Assembly: GCA_963746775.1 (NCBI GenBank)
Contig: CAVVCK010000002.1
Location: 75,571 to 139,570, forward strand
DNA length: 64,000 nucleotides
DNA from: an uncultured bacterium
GTDB taxonomy: Bacteria; Patescibacteriota; JABMPQ01; CAVVCK01
Reading direction: 5' to 3'
Shown here: in pieces, positions 1-9,885 of the stretch
Layout of the letters: the number at the start of each line of letters is the position of its first letter
Position numbering within the stretch: position 1 is the stretch's first letter
Position numbers and translations under genes: made by a program
The notes under the pieces: generated by a model
Seen by the model: only the letters and a program-made list of their open reading frames with translations
The model's database searches: none
What the model was told of the DNA's origin: nothing

Positions 1-1728
1 ATATTTTTTTAAATTTAGAAAATTCTCTAACTTTATTGACTGGCTTTCTTCTCCTCCTTGAATAAACTCCTTTAAAATGACAATGTATTTAACATTATTT
101 TTCCTTAAAATGTAATTAGACAATCGATTATCGCTTTGTTTAACAAAATCAAGGTCGTGACCAAATATAGTGAATCCATAAAGAAGACTGTTAATAATAG
201 GGGTTTCTTTTTCCAGTGAAAAACTTCCTGGAATATCTCTGGCAGTGTTTATTTTTCCTAAAATTTTTTTATTATTTTGTGAATTATAGTACTGTGTTTT
301 CGAATAGCATAAATCACTAGTAGCACAAGGAATTTGTATTATAGAGTAAGTTTCATTGTTATTTTTTATTTTATTGTAAAAATCAGGAATTTTTACACTG
401 CTGCTGGGCATTATAAATATGTATTCCAAAATAATCATTATAAAGATAGAAGGTAAAATTAGAATGGCACATTTTCTTATTTTTACATACTTTTCTAAAA
501 TATATTTAATACCAAACCCAACTACAATTGATAAAGATAGCAAAGCTATTATAAATATTCTACCAGTAGCTCTAATATTGTTAAAAAATGGTACTATCTT
601 ATACAAAATGAAATAAGACAAAGGAATTTTAGTCAAATCACCTAAAATATGTAGATAGGGACCAAGAGAAAAAAATAAAAATAATACTGTTAAAATTTGC
701 CAAAATAATTTTTGCCTATTTTCTTCCTTATTTTTACTCTTGTAAATAAATGAAATGATCATAAAAAAGATAATAGAAAAACCTAAATAATACATCGAAC
801 CCATTTCACCTTCTGTAAATTTAAAGCTAATATTTTCACCAAAAAATTTACCCCAAATAGGATGAAGGAAAAATGGAGTAACAAAACTTATTAAATCTGC
901 AGAAAAACGTTCTACTTGCCAAAATCCTGGATCTAAATAATTATTTTCTAATAAAGATATTTTTATAAGGGGCAGATAGTAATATACTAACAATGATCCT
1001 CCTATAGCCAAAATTATAGTTGTAGTTATAATAAATCTTTTCTTTTTTAAATAACTACGGTAAAAAATTAAATGGTAAACAAATATAAAGAATATCAAAA
1101 TAGTTAGATAGGCTGCATAATGGCTTTCGGTAAAGACTGCCAAACAAAAAAACAGTAAAGAAAAAATGGCATTTTTTATTGATGCTTTCTTGAAATATTT
1201 AAAGATAAACAATATTAAAAATGGAATCCATTCAATATGCATAGCTCCAAAATGACCAAGACTATGCATTACATGATAAGGTGCAAAACCATAAATTATT
1301 CCAGAGAAAAAGGCAGCAGCTTTATTTTTGATAAAATAATTTGTGAGCAAATACATACCAAAGGCTGCTATAGGAAAAGATATAATCAGTAATAAATTAT
1401 AAGCCAGAGGTTCTCCAAAGATTATGTGAAAAACAAATAAAACAGAATGTAAATCAAATAATTTACGAGGATTCGTATAGAATTTTATTACTTTAAAATA
1501 ATCAAGATTACCATCCTGAATAAAAGTTTTCTCTTGATTATAGACAGTAGCTAGTTGTTGAAAATGATCTCCCCCAACACCCATAACCTCTGTCTTTAGA
1601 TTAATAATATTGGGAATAAAAAATATTACTGTTATAAATATGTAGATACAAAGAACAAAGTAACTGTAATATTTACTTAAAATATTATTATTAATATACT
1701 TATTATCTTTTTTAGTTAGTAATTTCAT
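1..1728 (-). CDS. Large polytopic membrane protein, 3' end off window (at least 575 aa); putative GT-C/YfhO-like glycan-processing membrane protein
   Basis: Hand translation of minus strand gives one uninterrupted frame from ATG at 1728 to window edge (MKLLTKKDNKYINN...FGMYLLTNYF...HFGAMHIEWIPF...); many hydrophobic segments. Missing from the ORF track because no stop falls inside the window. Confidence 0.5.
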   Translation of the reverse strand, partial: MKLLTKKDNKYINNNILSKYYSYFVLCIYIFITVIFFIPNIINLKTEVMGVGGDHFQQLATVYNQEKTFIQDGNLDYFKVIKFYTNPRKLFDLHSVLFVFHIIFGEPLAYNLLLIISFPIAAFGMYLLTNYFIKNKAAAFFSGIIYGFAPYHVMHSLGHFGAMHIEWIPFLILFIFKYFKKASIKNAIFSLLFFCLAVFTESHYAAYLTILIFFIFVYHLIFYRSYLKKKRFIITTTIILAIGGSLLVYYYLPLIKISLLENNYLDPGFWQVERFSADLISFVTPFFLHPIWGKFFGENISFKFTEGEMGSMYYLGFSIIFFMIISFIYKSKNKEENRQKLFWQILTVLFLFFSLGPYLHILGDLTKIPLSYFILYKIVPFFNNIRATGRIFIIALLSLSIVVGFGIKYILEKYVKIRKCAILILPSIFIMIILEYIFIMPSSSVKIPDFYNKIKNNNETYSIIQIPCATSDLCYSKTQYYNSQNNKKILGKINTARDIPGSFSLEKETPIINSLLYGFTIFGHDLDFVKQSDNRLSNYILRKNNVKYIVILKEFIQGGEESQSIKLENFLNLKKY

Positions 1729-2818
1729 GGTAGCAATCTATAATTTTTTGTACTAATCTTTTTATATCGAATTTATTTATTAATATCGAAATATTTTTAC
1801 TAAATTCATTTCTATTTTTTAAAATTTCAACTATTGCTTTTGATAGTGCTTCTATATTCTTTGGTTCGACAATAATTCCAGCTTTATATTCTTCAATCTT
1901 TTTAGCTATACCAACAATATTCGTAGTAATCACAGGAGTACCACAAGCTAAGGCTTCTAATAAAACAATTCCAAACCCTTCTTGTGTTGAATCTGTGGAT
2001 GGCAATACAAAAACTTCATACTTATTATAACATTCTACTAATTTTTCATCTGGAATAAATCCTTGAAATTCTACATTGTTTTCTATACCCAACTTTTTAG
2101 TTTTAACTTTGTAATATTCTAATAATTTTCCCTTACCTCCCACAATTAACTTTATATTTGGAATTTCTTTTTTTACACTTTTTATGGCTTCCAATAAATA
2201 ATCTAAACCTTTATAGGCATGATATTCATCTAGAATACTAAGAAAGAATATGGTATTATTTTGTTTTTTTATATCTATTTTTTTGAATATTTTTCTATTA
2301 ACGCCAATTGGGATAAATTGAACTTTTGATGAATATTTTTTAAGATACTTCGATGTTTGAAGATAATTTGGTCCAATGGTAATAATTTTATCAGCAAGTT
2401 TTAAAGTTAGTTTTAAAAGCGTGTTGTTATAAATTTTTGAAATTATATTCCCCGCTCCATTTCCTGTAATATCATTACAATATGAAATAACAACTTTTTT
2501 TCCCCTTAATTTAGCAATAATTGCCGACCAATCTGCGCTCCATGGAGTAGGTAGGTAAGTATGTATAATATCAAATTCTTCTTTCCATAATCTAAAAGGT
2601 AATATTAGGGTTAAATTTGTATTAGCAATTTTACATAAATAGTCTAATCTCTCTATTCTGAAACCATTGAGGTTTTTAATATCAGACTTAGGTTCATTGG
2701 CGCAAATAACTTTAACCTTATTACCCAATCTAACAAGTTCTTTCGAAATATCTAAGGCGTAATTTTCTACTCCGCCTGTATAGGGATAAAATCTAACTGG
2801 AGTTTGAACTATTTTCAT
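1712..2818 (-). CDS. Glycosyltransferase family 4 (GT-B fold)
   Basis: 368 aa; N-terminal YPYTGGVENY and C-terminal EGFGIVLLEALACGTPVI motifs typical of GT4/RfaG-like enzymes. Confidence 0.8.
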   Translation of the reverse strand: MKIVQTPVRFYPYTGGVENYALDISKELVRLGNKVKVICANEPKSDIKNLNGFRIERLDYLCKIANTNLTLILPFRLWKEEFDIIHTYLPTPWSADWSAIIAKLRGKKVVISYCNDITGNGAGNIISKIYNNTLLKLTLKLADKIITIGPNYLQTSKYLKKYSSKVQFIPIGVNRKIFKKIDIKKQNNTIFFLSILDEYHAYKGLDYLLEAIKSVKKEIPNIKLIVGGKGKLLEYYKVKTKKLGIENNVEFQGFIPDEKLVECYNKYEVFVLPSTDSTQEGFGIVLLEALACGTPVITTNIVGIAKKIEEYKAGIIVEPKNIEALSKAIVEILKNRNEFSKNISILINKFDIKRLVQKIIDCYHEITN

Positions 2819-3979
2819 TAATTATGTTTTTATAGTATTTTTCTAAATTTTCTATTACCTTTTTCCAATCATATTTAACAACCGACTCTTTAGAATTAAT
2901 ACTTAATTTATTTAATTTATTATTATTTTCTAAAATTTTCTTTGTTTTTCTATAAATATCATTAGTGTTTAATCCTAGCACAAAACCATTGTAATTTTCT
3001 TTAATTAAATCTTTGGCTGCATTATCCTTATGATTAATAGTTATAACTGGCAAACCACAAGCGTTAGCTTCTAACACAACTATTCCAAATCCTTCACGTA
3101 TTGAGGGTAATACAAAAACTTTAGATGATTTAAAATATGAATAAAGATCATGCTGTTTTTCTAAAAATCCTTTAAAAATTATATTTTCCTCTAACTGTAA
3201 GTTTTTAGTTAAATTAATAAGTTTTTCTTTTTCTGGACCATCGCCTATAATTAAACACTTTATTTCAGGAAATATTATTTTTAATTTTGCTACTGCCTCA
3301 ATAATTATATCTACATTTTTTTCCTTAATTAATCTGCCAGCAAAAATAATATCGGAATTGACTTGATTGGATTTAATTTTATTTATATTATTTATATCAA
3401 TCCCAATCCCGATAGTACTTATATTATTCTCTTTATTGGAATTATCTTTAATTATTCTGTTCGTTGTAAAATTCGATATTGAAATAATATTAGATGATAG
3501 TAAAATTACTATTTTTTCAATAAAATATCCTAAATATCCTGCTAGTTTTAAATATTTCCGCCAATATTCTTTTCCCCAATATTCAAACCAGGTAATTACT
3601 AAAGCTATTCTTTTTATCTTTGAATAAATAAAGCAAGGAAAAACTGAAAAATAAGGAAAAGCTGCGCAATCAACTAAATCAAATTTTTCTTTAAAAAGCG
3701 GCTTAATTAATTTTAGGCCAAAATAGATAGCTTGCCCATCGAGCGTCGACCAGATTCTATATATAATTTCTTAGGCTTACAAACACTATGATACCAAATA
3801 TTATTTTTAAAAATAATATCTTCTCCCTGCCAAAATTTCATAGAAAAAAAATGAATTTCGTGTTCATTCTTTCCGCCTACAGCCAATCTAGATAATCTTT
3901 TACCAATTTCATAATATCTTTTTTCACCCCCACCCTTAACATAAGGATACAAACAATCATATATAAAAGCTATTTTCAT
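2793..3979 (-). pseudogene. GT4 glycosyltransferase interrupted by a single frameshift near 3713-3780
   Basis: N-terminal GT4 domain ORF 3713..3979 ([24 protein letters not shown]...). A second frame, open from about 3780 to 2793, encodes the rest (...GRLIKEKNVDIIIEAVAKL...EGFGIVVLEANACGLPVI...). Joined they give about 395 aa. Confidence 0.55.
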
Positions 3980-5136
3980 TTACTGTCTTTATTTAAATTT
4001 ATATCAAGAATACCATAAAAAAATGCAGAAAATATTATCTGTAATCCTAAAATTATTAAAATCATAGAGGTTAAACTCTTCCTTATTTCATATAATTCTC
4101 CAAAATCCACTTTGTACCAAGTATAAAATACATATATCCCCATTATAATCCCTAGAAATAAAACTAAAAATCCTAATTTTAACATTTTCTCTAAAGAAAT
4201 ATACTTTTCTGAAAATTTATTCATTTTACCTTTAGATATTAAACCCTCAGAATAAGCATAAATTTTTGTAAAAAGTCCAAAACTAACTATTTGAAAGCCT
4301 ACTATTGTTAAAAGCGCTCCTAGAAACATCGGGTGAATATCCAGGGTAACATTTCCTAACTTAATTGGTCCAAAAGTCATCCAAATAACTAAAAGCAATC
4401 CTAGACCTGTTAAAAAAAATCCCGGAGCTAAAAATAAATAAGAAGGAGACATAATCAACATAAATTTTAAATGACGCCAACCATCATTAAATGTCTCTAG
4501 CTTAGATTCACCTTCTCTGATACCATACTCTATAGGCAATTCCTTAATTTTCAAATTTTCACGGGCAGCCGCCATAATCATTTCTGAAGCATATTCCATA
4601 CCCTCAGTTTTCAATTTTAATTTATCATAAGCCTGTCTTGTAAATGATCTAATACCGCAGTGAGCATCTTTAACCTTTACTTTAAATAAAATTCTTAAAA
4701 TAGCTGATAAAATAGGGTTACCTATATATCTATGTGAAAATGACATAGCTTTTTTCTGCATTTTTTGAGCAAATCTATCCCCTATTACCATATCATAACC
4801 AGCTCGCAGAGGTTTTATAAAATCATTTACAATTAAAAAATCATAAGTGTTATCAGAATCACCCATTAAGATATATTTACCCTGAGCTTCTTTAATTCCG
4901 GCATGATAAGCATTGCCATAGCCTTTTTTGGGCTGGTGCACTATTCTAGCTCCTAGGCTTTTAGCAATTTCAATCGATTTATCAGTTGAACCATTATCAG
5001 CTATTATAATTTCGCCATTGAGGTTATTTTTTTTTAATCCTTTTTGAGCCTTTTTTATACATATTCCAATAGTTTTCTCTTCATTCAGACAAGGCATAAC
5101 CACAGATATTTCTGGTTTGTTAAACTTCATTTTCAA
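3976..5136 (-). CDS. GT2 polyprenyl-phosphate sugar synthase (DPM1/GtrB/ArnC-like) with C-terminal TM segments
   Basis: [13 protein letters not shown]...[13 protein letters not shown]2 signature; hydrophobic C-terminal third. Confidence 0.75.
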   Translation of the reverse strand: MKMKFNKPEISVVMPCLNEEKTIGICIKKAQKGLKKNNLNGEIIIADNGSTDKSIEIAKSLGARIVHQPKKGYGNAYHAGIKEAQGKYILMGDSDNTYDFLIVNDFIKPLRAGYDMVIGDRFAQKMQKKAMSFSHRYIGNPILSAILRILFKVKVKDAHCGIRSFTRQAYDKLKLKTEGMEYASEMIMAAARENLKIKELPIEYGIREGESKLETFNDGWRHLKFMLIMSPSYLFLAPGFFLTGLGLLLVIWMTFGPIKLGNVTLDIHPMFLGALLTIVGFQIVSFGLFTKIYAYSEGLISKGKMNKFSEKYISLEKMLKLGFLVLFLGIIMGIYVFYTWYKVDFGELYEIRKSLTSMILIILGLQIIFSAFFYGILDINLNKDSK

Positions 5137-6052
5137 AATATTTAATTGTTTTTTTTAATCCTTCCTTTAGATTAACTTTTGGTTCCCATTTTAATTTAGA
5201 TTTTGCCAAAGTAATATCTGGTTTTCTTTGTTTGGGATCATCTTGAGGTAAAGATTTATACATTATTTTACTCTTAGATTTAGTTAATTTAATAACTTTT
5301 TCCGCTAATTCCTTAACAGTAAATTCAACAGGATTACCCAAATTCACTGGTCCAGTAAAATCCTTTGGTTGTTGCATCATTCTATATATTCCTTCGACTA
5401 AATCATCTACATAACAAAATGAACGTGTTTGCAACCCTTTGCCATAAATTGTGATAGATTCCCCTCTTAGTGCTTGTAGAATAAAATTAGAAACTACGCG
5501 ACCGTCATCAGCAGCAAGTCGTGGTCCATAAGTATTAAAAATACGAATAATTTTAATGTTAACGTTATTTTGTCGATGATAGTCCATAAATAATGTTTCA
5601 GCACAGCGCTTGCCTTCATCGTAGCATGCTCTAGGACCTAAAGTATTTACATGACCGACATAACTTTCTTTCTGTGGATGCTCTTCTGGATCACCATAAA
5701 TTTCCGAGGTTGAAGCCTGCAGGATAGGTGCTTTAATTCTCTTAGCTAAACCTAGCATATTTATTGCTCCCTGTACCGAAGTTTTAGTGGTTTGTACTGG
5801 ATCTCTTTGATAGTGTATAGGAGAGGCTGGACAAGCTAAATTATAAATTTCATCCGTCTCTATATATAAGGGGAAATTAACATCATGACGAATTACTTCA
5901 AGTCGTTTATTACTTAATAAATGCTCAATATTTTTTTTCTGACCTGTATAAAAATTATCTACACAAATAACTTCATGGCCTCTATTTAATAGATACTCAC
6001 ACAAATGTGATCCTATAAAGCCTGCCCCGCCTGTGACTAAACTGGTTTTCAT
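5120..6052 (-). CDS. UDP-glucuronate decarboxylase (UDP-xylose synthase, UXS/ArnA-decarboxylase-like SDR)
   Basis: [22 protein letters not shown]...[18 protein letters not shown] and YDEGKR catalytic motif match the UXS family closely. Confidence 0.8.
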   Translation of the reverse strand: MKTSLVTGGAGFIGSHLCEYLLNRGHEVICVDNFYTGQKKNIEHLLSNKRLEVIRHDVNFPLYIETDEIYNLACPASPIHYQRDPVQTTKTSVQGAINMLGLAKRIKAPILQASTSEIYGDPEEHPQKESYVGHVNTLGPRACYDEGKRCAETLFMDYHRQNNVNIKIIRIFNTYGPRLAADDGRVVSNFILQALRGESITIYGKGLQTRSFCYVDDLVEGIYRMMQQPKDFTGPVNLGNPVEFTVKELAEKVIKLTKSKSKIMYKSLPQDDPKQRKPDITLAKSKLKWEPKVNLKEGLKKTIKYFENEV

Positions 6053-6063
6053 TGTTTTATAAA

Positions 6064-7005
6064 TTATTTATTCTCAATTATTTCTTTAATATTATAACTC
6101 TTTCTTTTGCTATTATAATAAGTTTTAACAGCGATGTCAGCGAGTAGTCCCGATATAAATAACTGCAAACCGGCTAATATCATAAAAACTGAAATAATAG
6201 GCCAGATTCTATTACTTAGAGTAAAATATTCCAAAAATCTACCAATTAATAAAAATACTAATATAAAAGATCCTGCACCACCTATTAGAATACCCAATCC
6301 TCCAAACAAATGCAGAGGTCGAGAAGAATATTTTCTCCAAAACCATACTGACCAAGCATCAATGAATCCTTTGACAATTCTTTTCCAATTATATTTGCTC
6401 TGACCATATTTTCTTTCCTCATGTCTTACTTTTACTTCGGTTATTTTAAATCCTTGCCAGCGTAGGATGGCTGGTATAAATCTATGCATTTCACCATAAA
6501 GATCTAAATCTTCAAAACATTCTCGCCTATAAACTTTTAGAGTACAACCAGAATCGTGAATATTATCTTTTATTAAAAAGCTACGTAAATATTCTGCTCC
6601 TTTGGAAAATAATTTCTTTGAAAATGGATCTTTCCTTGGAAATCGCCATCCAGAAACTACATCATAACCTTCTTCTAGTTTTTCTATCAATTTTGGAATT
6701 TCTGCTGGAGGATTTTGGCCATCTCCATCTAAAGTTATAATTATTTCCCCCCTACTTGCTTTAATTCCAGCATCCAAAGCAGCAGTCTGACCAAAGTTTT
6801 TACGAAATCTAATAATTTTTAGAGGAGTTAAACTTTTTATAATTTCAAAAGATTTATCTGTGCTGCCGTCATCGATGAAGATTATTTCATAAGAACTATC
6901 TATTGATTCTATTACTTTTACAATATCCTGATGTACTTCTCCAATAATCTCAGACTCATTAAAAATAGGAACTATAATTGAATATTTTAAATTATTTGAT
7001 GTCAT
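6064..7005 (-). CDS. GT2 polyprenyl-phosphate glycosyltransferase (GtrB/ArnC-like) with C-terminal TM helices
   Basis: [11 protein letters not shown]...[11 protein letters not shown]...[11 protein letters not shown]; two C-terminal hydrophobic helices. Confidence 0.75.
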   Translation of the reverse strand: MTSNNLKYSIIVPIFNESEIIGEVHQDIVKVIESIDSSYEIIFIDDGSTDKSFEIIKSLTPLKIIRFRKNFGQTAALDAGIKASRGEIIITLDGDGQNPPAEIPKLIEKLEEGYDVVSGWRFPRKDPFSKKLFSKGAEYLRSFLIKDNIHDSGCTLKVYRRECFEDLDLYGEMHRFIPAILRWQGFKITEVKVRHEERKYGQSKYNWKRIVKGFIDAWSVWFWRKYSSRPLHLFGGLGILIGGAGSFILVFLLIGRFLEYFTLSNRIWPIISVFMILAGLQLFISGLLADIAVKTYYNSKRKSYNIKEIIENK

Positions 7006-7239
7006 TAGTTGTGCATTGTAAATGTTTGAATAATATTTTTATTATATTACCAATATAGAAATTCATGCCAGATAATTAATATCTATCTGTCTATTAATAA
7101 CTATGCTTATATATCCAAATTATTTATAAATCTACCTTAAATAATAACAAACTAAAAAATAGCTGTCTATCCTATTGTTTTTTATTGTACTTATGATAAA
7201 TTATTAATAATTATTATTTAAAATTTACGAAAAAATAAA

Positions 7240-8265
7240 ATGAAAAAGGCATTAATTACTGGCATAACCGGCCAGGATGGTTCTTATTTAGCTGAATTCT
7301 TGTTAAGAAAGAAATATAAAGTTTATGGTTTAGTCAGGCGTTCTAGTACAGAAAAATTTGATCGCATAGCTCATATAATTGATAAAATTGAACTTATCCA
7401 AGGTGATCTTACCGATCAAAGTTCTCTTATTTCTGCCTTACAAATTTCTAAACCAGACGAAGTCTACAACTTAGCTGCTCAGTCATTTGTTCCAACATCA
7501 TGGAATCAATCTATTTTGACTGGCAATATTACCGCCCTAGGAGTTACAAGAATACTTGAAGCTATAAGGACTGTTAATCCTAAAATAAGATTCTATCAGG
7601 CTTCTAGTTCAGAAATGTATGGTAAGGTCAGAGAAACTCCACAGAATGAAGATACTCCTTTTTATCCCCGCTCTCCCTATGGTGTATCTAAGGTTTATGG
7701 TCATTATATTACTGTTAATTTCAGAGAGAGTTATAATATGTTTGCCGTATCAGGTATATTATTTAATCACGAATCTCCACGTCGAGGCTTAGAATTCGTA
7801 ACGCGTAAAATTACTGACGGGGTAGCTAAAATTAAACTTGGCCTAGCTTCTGATTTGCAAATGGGTAATTTAGAAGCTAAAAGAGATTGGGGGTTCGCAG
7901 GTGATTATGTTCAATTAATGTGGAAAATGCTGCAACAGAAAAAACCAGAAGATTATGTTATCGGTACAGGAAAAACTCATTCTGTAAGAGAATTTATAGA
8001 AATTGCTTTTGATTATGTCGGTTTAGACTACAAGAAATATGTTAAAGTGAATAAAAAATTTGTCCGCCCTGCAGAAGTTGATTTATTAGTTGCTGATCCT
8101 AGTAAAGCTCATAAAAAACTTGGATTTAAGCCAAAGGTATCTTTTGAAATGTTAATCAAAATGATGGTAAAAGCAGATTTGGAAAGATTATCAAATGAGT
8201 CAAAATATCAATTAGTTAGCGGGAAAAAGGGTAAAAAATATCATAATACTGTAGGAAATATGTAA
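7240..8265 (+). CDS. gmd: GDP-mannose 4,6-dehydratase
   Basis: MKKALITGITGQDGSYLAEFLL...GLVRRSS...SEMYG...NHESPRRG, a canonical Gmd sequence. Confidence 0.9.
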   Translation: MKKALITGITGQDGSYLAEFLLRKKYKVYGLVRRSSTEKFDRIAHIIDKIELIQGDLTDQSSLISALQISKPDEVYNLAAQSFVPTSWNQSILTGNITALGVTRILEAIRTVNPKIRFYQASSSEMYGKVRETPQNEDTPFYPRSPYGVSKVYGHYITVNFRESYNMFAVSGILFNHESPRRGLEFVTRKITDGVAKIKLGLASDLQMGNLEAKRDWGFAGDYVQLMWKMLQQKKPEDYVIGTGKTHSVREFIEIAFDYVGLDYKKYVKVNKKFVRPAEVDLLVADPSKAHKKLGFKPKVSFEMLIKMMVKADLERLSNESKYQLVSGKKGKKYHNTVGNM

Positions 8266-8548
8266 ACTACGTACGAAAGGTATCTCTGGTAGGTGGCTTC
8301 TACGAGGTCGTAGACCTTAAACCACCTATTGATCACATACAAATTTTAATGTATAGATTATAATTATAATAAAGCTAGATAAATTCGTATGTGGTGAGAT
8401 AAACATTATAAACCTCTGCCTATGTCGCCACATACAGAATCTTAATGCTTCAAAATAAATATTTTAAATCAATTAGAGTCTAAACTTCAAATAGTATTTA
8501 ATAATATTTTAAGAATTTCATACGTGGTCGAAGGCTTTCGTACGTAGT
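8266..8548. repeat. MITE-like element bounded by a perfect 14-bp terminal inverted repeat (ACTACGTACGAAAG / CTTTCGTACGTAGT)
   Basis: Inverted repeats at 8266-8279 and 8535-8548, starting directly after the gmd stop. Internal hairpins (CTACGAGGTCGTAG; CGTATGTGG...CCACATACAG). Locally higher GC than the surrounding sequence. Confidence 0.45.
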
Positions 8549-8632
8549 AAAGATTTTAAAAAATAAAAAAATCTGTAATAACAATTAGTATAATATATAA
8601 ACTACAATTCATGATCTATAATATATAATTCT

Positions 8633-9553
8633 ATGTTTAAAAATGCTCTAATAACCGGCATTTCCGGCTTTGTCGGACCATATCTAGCCCAAGAACTCAT
8701 TAAACATGGATATGAAGTTTTTGGTTTGGATCGCGCTGGAAATAATCAGCTAGATTCAAGATTCCAAATACAAGATTCTCATATTTTAAAATGTGATTTA
8801 TTGGATAAAAATGATATTCTTAAAACAATAAATAAAATCAAACCAAAATATATTTTCCATCTAGCTGGTTTTAGTTCTGTTAGAGATAGTTGGAATAAGC
8901 CTGAATTATGCCGTAAAATTAATGTGGAAGGTACTAAAAATTTATTAGATAGTATTATTGAAGCTAAGCTAAACCCAAGAATTTTAATAGTTACTTCGGC
9001 TGAAGTTTATGGAAAGCCAAAAGAATTACCTCTAAAAGAAACTTCTCCCCTCTTCCCTGAGAGTCCTTATGCTAAATCAAGAGTAGAACAAGAAAAATTA
9101 CTCAAAAATTATAAAAATCTTGATTGGATTGTTTCCCGAAGTTTTAATCATACTGGTCCAGAACAACAACCTATTTTCGTTATCCCTGAATTTGCCCAGC
9201 AATTAATTAATATTAAAAATAATAAAATTGAACCAAAAATTATGGTGGGAAATTTAGAAGCAAAAAGAGATTTTAGTGATGTTAGGGATGTAGTTAGAGC
9301 TTATCGCCTACTTTTGGAAAAAGGTAAAATGCATGAAATTTATAATGTTTGTTCTGGTAAATCTTATATGATTAAAAATTTATTGAATAAAATGATTAAA
9401 ATAATTGGCAAGAAGGTTGATGTTGAAATTGATAAAAATAAGTTTAGGCCGGTGGATATTGAGGAATTAAGAGGAGATAATAGTAAGATTAGAGAGTTGG
9501 GATTTGAGAATAGATTTGGGATTGAAGAGACACTAGAAGATATGATGAAATAA
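8633..9553 (+). CDS. rmd: GDP-4-dehydro-6-deoxy-D-mannose reductase (GDP-D-rhamnose synthase)
   Basis: ITGISGFVGPYL...SPYAKSRVEQE...SRSFNHTGPEQQPIFVIPEF...VGNLEAKRDFSDVRDVVRAYRLLLEKG, parallel to Pseudomonas Rmd; located immediately after gmd. Confidence 0.7.
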   Translation: MFKNALITGISGFVGPYLAQELIKHGYEVFGLDRAGNNQLDSRFQIQDSHILKCDLLDKNDILKTINKIKPKYIFHLAGFSSVRDSWNKPELCRKINVEGTKNLLDSIIEAKLNPRILIVTSAEVYGKPKELPLKETSPLFPESPYAKSRVEQEKLLKNYKNLDWIVSRSFNHTGPEQQPIFVIPEFAQQLINIKNNKIEPKIMVGNLEAKRDFSDVRDVVRAYRLLLEKGKMHEIYNVCSGKSYMIKNLLNKMIKIIGKKVDVEIDKNKFRPVDIEELRGDNSKIRELGFENRFGIEETLEDMMK

Positions 9554-9599
9554 TTAGACTGATTTATATATTAAAAATTCAACGTTTTAATATATTATT

Positions 9600-9885
9600 A
9601 TGTTTTTTATCATTATTTAAAGAAAATATGTCATTTTTTTCTCCTAAAATATTCTTAGCTGCATAAATACTAATTAAGATGGAATGATCCATACTTGTTA
9701 TATTTAAACATACTATTTCTACCTGTAGTCTGTAAATTATCAAAATTATTTAAGAATTTTTTTATTTTTTCTAAATTATTTTTATAATCCTGATCATATA
9801 CAGGATAACCTTTGGCTAATTTTTCTAATAATTTTGGAATCTCCTCAGGAGGATTCTGACCGTCCTCATCTGGTGTTATAATTAT
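9600..9885 (-). pseudogene. Gene-fragment mosaic: degenerate copy of the C-terminus of the adjacent Glf-like gene, plus a GT2 fragment (…DEDGQNPPEEIPKLLEKLAKGYP)
   Basis: 9610-9800 aligns by eye with 9940-10130. 9770-9880 aligns with the GT2 gene segment near 6690-6760 ([18 protein letters not shown]). Confidence 0.45.

Noticed and set aside
419-616. 65-aa plus-strand ORF
   Set aside because: It is antisense to, and nested in, the long minus-strand membrane-protein frame (1..1728), and its product is low-complexity and AT-driven.
3367-3627. 86-aa plus-strand ORF inside the frameshifted GT4
   Set aside because: It is antisense to an intact GT4 reading frame, and its product is hydrophobic low-complexity typical of AT-rich antisense ORFs.
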